Assembly (NCBI RefSeq): GCF_006345805.1
Contig: NW_021829832.1
Location: 248,001-312,000, forward strand
Length of the DNA stretch: 64,000 nucleotides
Source of the DNA: Octopus sinensis
Taxonomy: Eukaryota
Direction of reading: 5' to 3'
Below are positions 28,471 through 39,900 of the stretch, piece by piece (the first letter of the stretch is position 1; each line of letters starts with the position of its first letter). A model generated the notes under the pieces. That model did no database searches. It saw only the letters and a program-made list of their open reading frames with translations, and had not been told where the DNA came from. The translations under genes and the position numbers were made by a program.

Positions 28471-28879
28471 AATAAGGTTATATCAAAGCAGGTCGCATTT
28501 ATATATCTACATAAATTTATAGTTATTTAAGGAAACTGCGAGCGTAGCGAGCAGGGCCTCCGCAGGAGCTAGCTCGCAGTGAGCGAAGCGAACTGCTGAG
28601 CTAGTTGTTGATAAACATTGAGTGTGGAGATGGTCGGGTCAGCTGTATTGGACTATTATGGAGTTTTAGGGTTTGTATTTGTATAATTCTTTTTACTAAG
28701 TTTGTGATTTAAACAGGTATTTTTGAGTAAGTTTTAGGTTGGGCTTTTTGGAAATAAATGCGGATTTTGACATGTATTTATAATTTGTGGTTTTCTATTC
28801 TGATAAATGCAGTCATTGGTGATTATAAAGCATTTTGAGTTTTTGATTGATCTATTAATTAATGGGCTGTCAATGCGGC

Positions 28880-29115
28880 AGCTTTTCTGGAGCCTCAAAA
28901 GGCCGAGGAAGCCAAACGGAGGAAGTACGCGTCCCTTCCTGACGGATACAACTTTGTTCCATTTGCTGTGTACACAAAGGTGTGATTAGATCCCCTTAAA
29001 GATTCTGTCAATAATTAGGAAACTCATCGGAAAGACTTTTGACCACCAGGAAACCAATTAGAGAATATTTAGTTTGCTATCCGCAGTGCAGCCATTTGCA
29101 AATCCTAATTGTTTT
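28880..29115 (+). mobile_element. CRE-like non-LTR retrotransposon 3' (RLE) remnant
   Basis: KAEEAKRRKYASLPDGYNFVPFAV. Confidence 0.6.
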
Positions 29116-29225
29116 CCCCTTAGGAATAATGTTTATTTGTCTCTATTATTTATTAAAAATAATAAACAATACATTTATTTTGTTTTCGATCAATGTGTGA
29201 CAATTCCTCATTTAGTGAAGCTACA

Positions 29226-29938
29226 ATGAGTAGCGTGGAACTAAATAACTTTGTAACATATTTAACTTAAAATTAAAAGATAGTCGCCTCCAGACCTATT
29301 GCTAAACGTGCCAAAAACTTTTCCGTCATGAAAATCGGCAGAAAAATCAAAACTCTCAAAGAAAAGTACCAATTCCCTATATCAACCCAGACCTGGATCT
29401 TCTCCCACAAAAATCGCATATTTCCAGGCTCTCATTCGCGCCATTAAAGTCATCATAAATTATCGATTTTTAGTCATTGGAATGCGATTCTCTGATTGGT
29501 CAATTACTGTCCAATGAGTACAGTACCCCAAACTCCTCAGTCGAGACGAGAGAGACACTCCAGAGAGCTGCCTTGGCCGTTATTTGCAGAGAAAAAACTC
29601 TTCAGGACTTTAAAAAGGAGTTTGAGAAGAACCACCCCGACCACCAGTCACTCGGAAATTTTTTGTGTTCCCGCCTTCGGGGAAGAAGAATGACTAAATC
29701 AGCCAAGGCCAGTCGGAATAGGAATGTGAAGAGTCGTCGGTCTATGAGGACCCTTAGAAGGGCGAGACAGCGGGTGGAGGAGAGGGAGGATGTGTCCTTT
29801 GTGGGTGGGGATAATCCTACTGCTTATGTTGGCCGTGTGTGTATGGAAAGTGATGAAATGGTTGTCCCGAAGTGTCCTCTTCAAGAGGAAGGGCTTTCTG
29901 TTGAGAATTGTTTGGATGATGATTTTTTTGTAAATTAA
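29226..29938 (+). CDS. SRFBP1-like (N-terminal domain) nucleolar protein
   Basis: Three micro-introns give MSSVELNNFIVASRPIAKRAK...KIGRKIKTLK...ALIRAIKSL, followed by a basic tail. Confidence 0.45.
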
Positions 29939-30239
29939 TTGAATTTGATAAAGAATTTATTATAGTAAATTGACTAATGTGATTTATAAGTGGCTGTATT
30001 TTGAGAGAGAATTTTCCTAAAGAAATTGGATTTAAAATATTTGAGATTATTTTTGAACATTTAAAATATTTAATAAATTATTTTATCTAAGTGATCGAAC
30101 CTCATCTTCTGGACAAACTGTATTTATTGAATTGTAACTTTCATCAGAACTATTAATATATAAATTTATTAACCTTGAATTTGTTACGCTATAACTCTTG
30201 CTCGGATCTAGCATTGTATACATGAGTTCTCGGAATTGC

Positions 30240-31998
30240 TCATTTTCTGCGAATTAAGGACCAATTAAGAGAACCAGTCATTTTCTGACATTCTATCGAC
30301 AGTTCTAACTGTTTCTCAATACTTTGTATTTTCTCTTCCTCACTGTCCCCCTCGTCGTCTGCCATGTGGTCTATAGTCATTGTTTGTACTCTCATCACCA
30401 TTTTCAGAACTGAATTGTGCAGAGTCCACACTCTTAAAGACGTCGATATTTATTTGTTCTAAATTCTAAAATACTTTTTTAAAATTACATCATTCGACAG
30501 ACCCTCAAGCGAAAATGAAAACGTGGTGATATCCCTGGACTTTTTTTCACATAACGAATTTTCTGCAACCTGATTTGTTTCTTCAGTTTGTTCAATAAAG
30601 TCAGTTTTAATTTCCATCGTTTTGTCACGTGACCATGACTTTGGGGACAGTTTATAAACTAGTCACTCAAATAAAGTAGTAGTTACATGAATAAGACAAT
30701 TTTTTAGCCACGGCCTGAGATGTTGGATTTGGTTTGGCAGTGTTGGAATAAAATTTCGAGAGGTTAGACAGCCTGTATTTGCACACGTAGTTATAGTCAA
30801 TGTCGGGAGTGATATTTGCTAATTGGTTCTGAGAATTTCTGCAATTTAGTTTATTTGAGGAAACTGAAACCCCGTCGGATTTTTGGTTTTAGTTTGACGA
30901 TTTTTTGATTGAAATGACTTGACCGAACAGTTTGAATTTTCTCGTGTAAAATTAATCCTATTTTGAATTTTCTGTTCACAGTAGTTTTCAATAAAAATTT
31001 CATTTTTTGCCATATCAGTTTGGTTTGTAGATTTGAAGCTTTTGACAGGTGGATCTGGCATTGTGGGAAAATTTAAAAGTGATTTGCAAAACTTGACTGA
31101 TTCGTCATCGCTTAAATCGTCGATCAAAGTTTCTTCAGTCTCTGCTGCAGGTGTTGGGTGGTATTTTGGAAGAGTTTTGAAATCAGATTTTTTTAGATTT
31201 TGAAGCAACATTTTTTGTGCGTATGTCAGTCCGTTCATTTTGAAATCAAAATTCAGTTTTTCCGGATCCTCACATTGTTTGGTTTCCGTACTTTTGTCCT
31301 CGATTTCAATTTCAGCCGTCGAGAACGAACAATCAATTTTGACTGGATTGCTCGTTTCCTTTTCTTGTTGACAATTTTTAACTTGTCTTAAAAATTAGGA
31401 AACTTTGACTAACTTTGTTGCATGATTCTAATTACTAAGTATACTAAATGTACCTCCAATGAAGTAGCCGAGTGTTTGAGCATGTTGCCTTTTGAGTGCA
31501 TCGAGGAAAAACACGCATTACAAAAATACTCAAAACATTCATTACAAATCTGTTTCTGCTTACAGAAATAAAACCATTCGAGCTGAATTTGAAGAACATT
31601 GTCCGCAAAGAATTGTTTCCCGGGGTTTTTCGATTATTTTTGGGAGTTTGCTGTAAGGCTCAAATGGGGTTTCGACTATATTTGGATTGGTTTTGAGCTT
31701 GTTGGTTTTTGAATCACGGAGGAGTTTTATTTTTGCGTTCTTTTATGATAGAAATGTCGGCTTACTTTGAAGTTGACGGGTGTTCTTTCGGGAAGTTTTT
31801 GTTTGGTTGTGTCAATCCATTTTGTGAACGAATTAGATGTTGGTTCATATTTAATTTGTTTTTTATAGTCGTCCAAAATGTTTTGCAGTTTTTGAGTATC
31901 TTTTTCTATCAACGTTAAATCGTCGATTCGATTTTTTGTTCTATTTGTAAATTAGAATAAATAAACATTTCATGCTGGTTGTGAGGTCCTTTAAACAT
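30240..31998 (-). CDS. ZBBX: Zinc-finger B-box protein (ZBBX-like, ciliary)
   Basis: Spliced LCGQCSSNSARMICNECFEYFCNACFSSMHSKGNMLKH matches the ZBBX B-box; also LTYAQKMLL. The 3' end is approximate. Confidence 0.68.
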
Positions 31999-32092
31999 TT
32001 GCTACTATGGAGTTATAATATTTTAGATTTAATTTTTTAAATATTTATATAAATTAATATTTTTATTAAAACATTTTTTCATACACAAACTC

Positions 32093-33900
32093 ATGAAATC
32101 TTTACAAAACTGGCCCAAGATGCTAATTCTGAAGTCATGGGACTCACTATTCATACCTCCAATGGAATTATTACTATTGGAAACTTATATATTCCCACAC
32201 CGGGGTCATGCACCAAGGGATTTACTGTTGATCTGTCTAGCCTTGATAATGTGGGCAACTTACTGCTTTCCGGAGATTTTAATGCCAAAAACCCTCTGTG
32301 GTTTCAGAAACAACCGGCGGATGCGAGAGGAAACCTCATTATTTTCCAATTCAAAAGACTGTCCATTATGAACGATCCAAAGAAAAATACAAGAACGCCA
32401 TATAACGGAAAAAAATCGACCACATCCCCAGACTTGTTCCCCGAAATTAGCACCAATTATTTTTTGGACGGTAAACTATGACCTACAGAGTGATCACAAT
32501 CCAATCATCATACGGATAAACTGTTCTCCAATGACCCGAGAGAAACATGATTCCTACTACGATTACAATAATGCAAAATGGTCGGCTTATAAGAAATACG
32601 TCGATACAAAACTTTCCACATTCTATCCGGGACCCAATTCCCTCAATAGGGCAGCCCAATACTTCAATAAAGTGATACTGAGGGAAGGAAATTATATGTC
32701 CATAAACGTTTCCGGAAAATATCAAAAAGAAAACAAAACCCAGAAATTACCAAACTGATAAAGGAAAGAAACTTCCTCAAACGCAAAAAATTTCTAACCA
32801 AAAAAACAACTAAGAGAATAAGGACACTGAATATGGCGATCCGGAGCAAGGTAGACAATCAAGCAAGAAGCTGGGGAGGACATCATCAGCTATGAAAAAA
32901 AATAGTCCACTGTCTAGGATGTAAAAGATGCTACGTCAATTTCGGGACTACGATGCACAGACAGGTGTGGAACCTGGTGACTCACTGAATTTAAACAAAT
33001 TTATGAAGCACTGTGTCTCAATCAGCTACAAACCATATCAGAAACACAATAGGCCACCAAATTCTGGGCCCTGTAGCTATCACGGCATTAACGGCCATCT
33101 ACAGCCAGACAGTAAATGAAAACAGTATTCCAAATATATGGAAACAATCCAAAATCCATCCAATCTCAAAACCTGGGAAGGAGAGGAACGAACCAGGATC
33201 ATACAGGCCAATATCTCTATTATCTGCCCCCTCGAGAATTCTTAAAAAGTTGATTCTTGGCCGTATTCGAAATTTTATTCTTCAACATGGCTTCAAGAAA
33301 GGACTGTCAACTTCTTCTCATTTACTGTTCCTGAAACAAATTATTACAAAAGGGTTGGAAAGGAAACCTGAACAGGAAAAAACGATTGTATGCTCAATTG
33401 ATATCCACAAGGCTTTGTCGATAAATGTGACCATGGAAGAGAAATCAATTCCTCAAAATAAAACTCTAAAGATACTAGAGATCACCTTTGACACCTTTCT
33501 AACCTTTACTCCCCATACGGAAAACGTGTTGACGAAATGCAATAAGAAACTCAACTTTCTTAAAGCATTTCTTGGAAACTTGGAAGACGCCAAAAGAACT
33601 TACGGATTAGAGTCTCTATACACTTAATACATTAAACCGACAATTGGTTACGGATGTACAGTATGGGGAAGCAATCTAGGATATACAAATGTCAAAAAAA
33701 TCGACAATATTTAAATGGAGATTGTGAACCTCCTAGCAAATATCACGGGGAACAAAATTCAACCAAAGGGAATAAAAGAAATCGTGAAAGAAAACAGTGG
33801 AGACCTCAGGAAAAAAGTCCATGTTCGGGATCCCCGATCTCTTAGACAATGCGCTGTAGAACAAAAAGAAAAGATGCGAAGGAAGGTTTCTAAAAGAGGC
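32093..33900 (+). mobile_element. Degenerate LINE (APE endonuclease plus RT, jockey/I-like), RT core deleted
   Basis: LLLSGDFNAKNPLW, WKQSKIHPISKPGK..SYRPISLLS, QHGFKKG and IDIHKAL joined directly to IPQNKTLK; no YADD motif. Confidence 0.85.
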
Positions 33901-34536
33901 TAGTACCACGTGGTCATCCTTGTTGTTCATTGACGGGATAAATCCGTGATTTTTCATTGTTCATTTTTGTTATTAATCTGATCGTTCACTTTAAAAGTTT
34001 GGAATATAGCCCTTTATTTCACCGTATCGTCCTCCCTACATATCGGTGGTCTTTAACTCGAGGCAGTCAAGTTTGGTCCTAAATTAGTTCAGTTTCCGCT
34101 AGAAAATTGCTTTATTAATTGAAAAATTTATTTATTTAATATATTTTGAGAGTTTACTCTGAGTGTCCACTTGTTATTTCAAGTTTGGCCAAACCTGAAT
34201 TAACTTTACAATAAATTTTGTCCCAAATGAGATTATTCAATTTGGTGAGGACTCTTATATAACGAATGTACAATTCTATCAGAGCCATCGAGATCTTCCC
34301 ACATATATATTTTAGTTTTTTCAAAGTTTTTAGTTTTTCAATTTTGTTCTTCAAGTCGATCATTTGTTTATAATCAGACTACAATAAACATGTACAATTA
34401 GATCACCATTTTGTTACGAAATAATATTTTATTTATTTTATCAAGCACTAAACAATTTAAAAATCACCTATGACAATCTAATATAACATTACCCTTTTAT
34501 TCATTAGTGGTCATGCCAAACAAAAAAAATCTAATA

Positions 34537-35707
34537 CAGTGAATACCCCCAAATTCGCCTTTTTTTAAAAAATTATAGTTTCAATGGAAATTCACCAATT
34601 CTGAAATTTGTCACAATTTTTTAAAATTTTTAAATAAAAAAATATTGATAAATGGCGCAACGTGGATTTAGTACTAATTACAGGCGACTTACAATACAAC
34701 AAAAAATTGAAATTTTGCGATATAAGGATGAAAATAAACAATTATCCTGTCAGAGAATTGCTGATAGAATTTCTCATTTGTTTAAAGTAAAGATTTCGAG
34801 GAGGAAAATTAACCATATCTCGAAGATGCGTAAAAGGATTTTCGCACAATCTAAAAGCGTCAATTCTTCTACAAAAACTTTAAAACAGCTGAAATATCCG
34901 GAACTTGATGAAAAGCTTGTTGAGTGGATGGATCTTATGGAATCGAAAGGTATTTTTAATATTTTAAAGTTTTAAAGTGCATTACTAAATGATGCCTTAA
35001 TATCCAGCAAGACCGAAATTTTTGCTCGATATCTTTCTCTCGATAATTTTAAGAACTCTGCCGGATTCTTGTTCAAGTTTAAAATAAGACATGAATTCCG
35101 TCTGAGAAAATTGCATGGGCAGATGAAAACTGATAAAAAAAAAGTTGACACCGAAGGATTTTTAAATGAATTTCAAAATTTATCCAAATCTGTTTTTTTA
35201 TAAAAAATGGCTTGGGAAGACATATGCTTGAAAACTATTGAAAATTGCTTCAAAAAACTGAAAAAAATAGATTTTGATGAACAATCTACAGATAAAAATT
35301 TTCCTTCAAATGAACAAACAATAGTTCATCTCACTAGAAATGATATTGGTGTAAAATTAAGAGAAATTGAGAAGTCATTAATCGAAATTGTCGAAAACGA
35401 AGATGTGCGTCTAATTACTTCAATTCGAAGATTCGAAGAAAAAAATCAAAATATAAAAAGACAAGAAATGGGACTGGAATATTACTTTGATAAAAAAGTA
35501 TAATTATTTGTTAAAATAAAATTAATTTTTTCAATTACGTCAATTTTGGCTATTTTCGAATTATTAAACAGTTCTACTCACATTCAAAAATTATTGATTA
35601 TATTCTGAAATTCGCCATTTCTCAAATTTGCCGCAAAAAATGACGGTACCAAAAATCCGCCAGATTTTGCCGATCCCCGAAATTGGCGAATTCGAGAGAC
35701 TTTACTG
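34537..35707 (+). mobile_element. Internally deleted pogo/Tigger DNA transposon
   Basis: TA-flanked imperfect TIRs CAGTGAATACCCCCAAATTCGCC / GGCGAATTCGAGAGACTTTACTG. CENP-B/Tc5 HTH (YPELDEKLVEW, FKFKIRH); DDE domain absent. Confidence 0.82.
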
Positions 35708-36049
35708 TATTTACTGTATATCGCGCCCCACGCTGGCGACCAAAGCGACCTTCATTGTTGACAGGGTTGACAGAGTGACCTACATTTCGTGAAAAATGAC
35801 ATTGAATACCAAAATCTTATAAATGTACTACTCCAAAAACCCATGCAAACCACATCTAAATACAAAAATACAAACTTATAAAAAAAGAGAATCAATTTAT
35901 GATAATTGATGATCGGTATACTTTCAATTTCTAATTCATAGTCTTTCTCTAAAGGACAATACAGTATAACCTCCATTTGGTAAAAACATTTAAACATGTT
36001 TTACACCAATTTTATTGATAGTTAGAGTATGTTTTAAGTAGACAAATTT

Positions 36050-37400
36050 TTTTATTTTATTACACGAAAATAACCTGTTATTTTATTTCCTGTTGCAGAT
36101 TTCTTCATATTTATGCCCAATATTTTTCTGAAATTGTAATAGTCTTTTAACACATGGGGAAACAAACAGTGAATATTCTCTTCAAGGTTATTCATTGCTG
36201 TTATTGTGTCCAAGTGTGAACAGTTACATTCAGTTCGGTCATATATTGACTTGTCATCATTTTCTTCTCCATTTTTAGCAATTACGCCGTGTCCAAATTT
36301 TTTTTTTCACTGTCAGCTAACAAATTCATTCCCCTGGCTTTTGAGACCAGTGGGATAATTGGACCCAAAGCCCTCAAACTCCTCTTAGAGATTGGTTTAA
36401 TCATCTCGAGGAGGAGTCACGACAGTCGTGAAACGAGCTGGCTTTTTCAGCGGATATCGTTCGCGATATTACGTGGAAATTGCCTGTCCATCCGCTCGGC
36501 GACTCATCTAAATTAGTTAACTTCTCTTCTCTATTTTTCTTGTTTAAAAAAAAACTAACAAATTTGAACTAGGAATCTGTTGCCGACAGTTATTAATTGT
36601 TTCCCAACAATTCGGTATTGTTTCAGGATTTAAATTTTGCCATGTTTTTCCAACAATTATTATGACATGACGAAGATTTATTTTTTTAATTAACCATTTT
36701 TAACTCAGCGTCCTCAGAATAAAGAGTAAAATCCAATAAAGCGTTAAGATAATTGGACTTGAAAGATTTAATAATACCCATGTCTAACGGTTAAATTAAT
36801 GAGGTTGTATTTTTGGGAGAAAAAACAATTCAATGTTGGAAAGATGGATATATTTGTGACATCAAGTAACGAAACAATTTTTCTCTTTTGCTTAATCATT
36901 TGTTCATTTTTAATGGTGAGCCATATAATAAATATTTCTGATGTCATCCAACTGTTTTCAGATGATAAATATAAAACTCCATGTTCTTCAGGGTTAAAGT
37001 TTTTCATATAACCCAGTTTCGTCGCAATTAAAAATATTTTAAAGACCATATTTTTTTACGTATTCATCATACTTGGAAAAAAACATATCAAGCAATAAAC
37101 ATCTGAAGAGTTTTTCTCTCCACTAATTGTCTTAAATTACAATTGATGTCTTCTTAAATTTTTCCAAACAGCCATTGGAGCCTTTGAACGCCGAATAATT
37201 CAGCATCCTTGCTACTTTGGAAGGAATATTATTTAAAAGAGGACCGCACACATGAATAAATTCTTCCCTTGTCTTGGTGAAAGTCTCAAAAACAATTTTA
37301 TCTAATTTTTAGATAAAGTATGAGGAGAGCGTTAAATATTTCTGGGAAAATCTGTTTGAACAGCCCCAGTATTGACAAAAATTGAGATATTTTTTTAATA
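36050..37400 (-). mobile_element. Degenerate pogo/Tigger transposase, interrupted by a CRE-like insertion
   Basis: FKGSNG, NSWMTSEIFIIWL, KRKIVSLLD, KTWQNLNPETIPNCW and C-terminal NKITGYF. Confidence 0.7.
36280..36540 (+). mobile_element. CRE-like non-LTR 3' (RLE) fragment
   Basis: FIPLAFETSGIIGPKA...WLFQRISFAILRGN. Confidence 0.75.
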
Positions 37401-37779
37401 GCGTGTCAGTTGGAAAATTCTCTTACCTTCCGGTCTTAGCGTGGCGTTATGGGGTCCACCATGTCAGTTGGAAAATTCCAATCGGATATGGCAACGCTCA
37501 GGAGGCATTTAATGCCTACTGAAAAAGGACTTCTAGCTCTCAGACCCTGGGACATCGTCGTCTCAGGCCGATCATGCGGGCAGGATCGAACCTTTCAGAA
37601 GGATCTCCCTCGTTTGGATCGGCAATCACGGGAATAACTATAATTAACTGGCTTTGCCCGTGTTTGGTCTTTAATAAATAAATAAAATAAATACGTGACA
37701 CAGCGCCTAAAAACTTACATTAATAAACAAACTTTACTAATTTTGTACTTATCTAATATCTCGTTCAGTAAGATGTTTA

Positions 37780-38110
37780 TTTTCACTTAATTCCTTTGCC
37801 ATTTTGATCATTAACTCAAGACTAACTTACGACCCACCGCTATCGGCACCACAAAAAACTCATCCGAAAGGGCAGAATATTTGGTTATCTTTAAATCTAG
37901 CCCTCTTAGCAGCAGATTTAGCCTTCTGAGCACATGAAGTTAGATGTGAAGCAGAAAAAGTATCCCAGCAGGTTGCGTCCCATACGAGGCCTTTTCCGCC
38001 CTCAAAAGGTGAAAAAGGTCACCGCGGTCAAGACCCGGTGGTTCGAGGACCGAAGGAAATCTCGCCGAGTCAAGGGCCCTCCGTATGATGTCATTCATAA
38101 AATCACTGTC
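37780..38110 (-). mobile_element. CRE-like non-LTR RLE remnant
   Basis: EPPGLDRGD, GKGLVWDATCWDTFSASHL and KYSALSDEFFVVPIAV. Confidence 0.65.
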
Positions 38111-38293
38111 TCAACCATTAACTAACACGTTCAGGTGATTTCGACACTTCTCAACAGTCGAGCCATCTTTTTACGATGTTCAGACCGTGACCCCACACAC
38201 TTTCTGTATGTACGGTGAAATTTTTGTGGTCCATCTCCACGATCCCCCCCATTTGCCTCTACGAGAGACTCCAGTGTTCTATGGACAATTTCC

Positions 38294-39076
38294 CTATCGG
38301 TATGGTCCTTCAGTAGATTGATAGATTTTTCTTGGATTTTTTCGATTTTTTAGCTGGTTCGTTGCCGTCAGGTTACAGCCCCAAGCAGCACATGCATAGC
38401 CTATTGTTGGCTCGATATACTGCTTGTAAAGGGTCTCTACCCCTGGCGGATAAGTTCTCCCACAGTTCCAAAGGAAGGCTTTTACAAAATTGATCTTCTT
38501 TATACAGGTTGACACGATCGATTCTACGTGAGGTGAAAAACAGAGGAAAGTGTCAAACGTTACTCCCAATATCTTCTGTGTTTTGTTTTGTGGTATTGGG
38601 ACTCCATTCAGCGTGACTTCAATAGTTTTCGTCCCCATCTTCCTATTTTTCGTGAATAGAGTGACTGCTGACTTTTCAGAACATGCATGTAGTCTGTTTT
38701 CATATAGCCATCCATATAAGTCGTCCAGTATTCTTTGTAGTCTTTCCTTCGCGTATTCGACATTTACATCCCTGGATGCGACAACTATGTCATCGGCATA
38801 GGAGAGTAGTATGTCATTATTATCCATAGGAACCGGGAGATCATTCAGAAACAAGTTGAAGAGGGTCGGGGATAAAGGAGAACCCTGGGGTACACCATTG
38901 GACAATAATCGTGATCTTGAACTCTCGTTCCCGACGCACACGTTCCCGACGCGACCACGACGTCCGCTCAAAAAATTCGCTATCCATAGCTTCATAGGTG
39001 TACAAATTTGTGTACCAAATATCTTTTGAATTAGGATCTTCCTTGGGACGGAGTCAAACGCTTTGCCAATATCCAA
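38294..39076 (-). mobile_element. 5'-truncated LINE reverse transcriptase, same family as 32093-33900
   Basis: DIGKAFD, GVPQGSPLSPTLFN, YADD and ILGVTFD. Confidence 0.9.
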
Positions 39077-39900
39077 TTTGAAATTTTTTTAATTTATTTC
39101 CAACTTCTAGAAGTAAATTTTAAGTTTTACAGATTTATTCTTTAAGGATTTTCAGACTACGAATTTGTTGTAACAATAAAATTAATTAAAAAAACTATGT
39201 ACAATTTTCAAAAATGTTTTAATCTTCTATTTTTATCATTAAAACTCTAAAATACAAACCGGACTACAGCCGGATGATTCAATGCGAATATTTTCCCCTA
39301 TACGCCTTCGGAAACGGATCATTTGTAACAATGGCACAATTATTTCATAATTAAGTAAATATGGAACAAAAAAACACAGAACCAACTCCATAAATATTAT
39401 CAGTTAAAGTTTTTTTACTCTGCTAATATGTATCATTTGGTCTTTTTCATCGTCTTCATTAATTATCGTTACGAGTTCTTGATCCCTATTTTTCACAATA
39501 TATTTTTGTGCAGATATTTCGTCGTATAATGGGTATTTTCTATAACCCGGGTTTGCATCCCCATCATGGCGTATTAAAATTTCATCGCCACTTTTCACTT
39601 CATCATATTTCCATTTTCAAAGCCACCATACATTGTGAGTGTCAATAAACTGTACAACCTATCACGTCCAAAGTGATTAAGATTGTGTTGAACCTAATTT
39701 AAATAGACAAATATACTACTTCAATGAATTTTAACTTAAGTTCAGCGTCTTCAACTTTGAGCCATTTTTATTAATTTAGATTTTGTTTTCCTTGAAAGTG
39801 GATTTTTTGGCATATATTTGTATTCGTGCCCTTTCTTTCGAACTCATAGAATCATTCAAGTGGCCTGCTTCTAAATATTCCCTAATTTTTTTCAGGGGAT
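39062..39900 (-). mobile_element. Rearranged Ginger/Gin-type integrase fragments
   Basis: KKIREYLEAG..KERARIQ, HNLNHFGRDRLY (His part of HHCC), C-terminal KSGDEILIRHD..HISRVKK, and a core piece matching 44217-44329. Confidence 0.6.

Larger units (their letters stand above)
25066..28604 (+). mobile_element. Non-autonomous Helitron
   Basis: 5' end A|TC followed by a (TGTC)n microsatellite. 3' hairpin ACTGCGAGC..GCTCGCAGT (28535-28580) and terminal CTAG|T. Internal PIF1 helicase remnant. Confidence 0.8.

Noticed and set aside
37570-37640. tRNA gene from GGTTCGATCC on the minus strand
   Set aside because: No cloverleaf or acceptor stem can be formed; at most a SINE-like B box.
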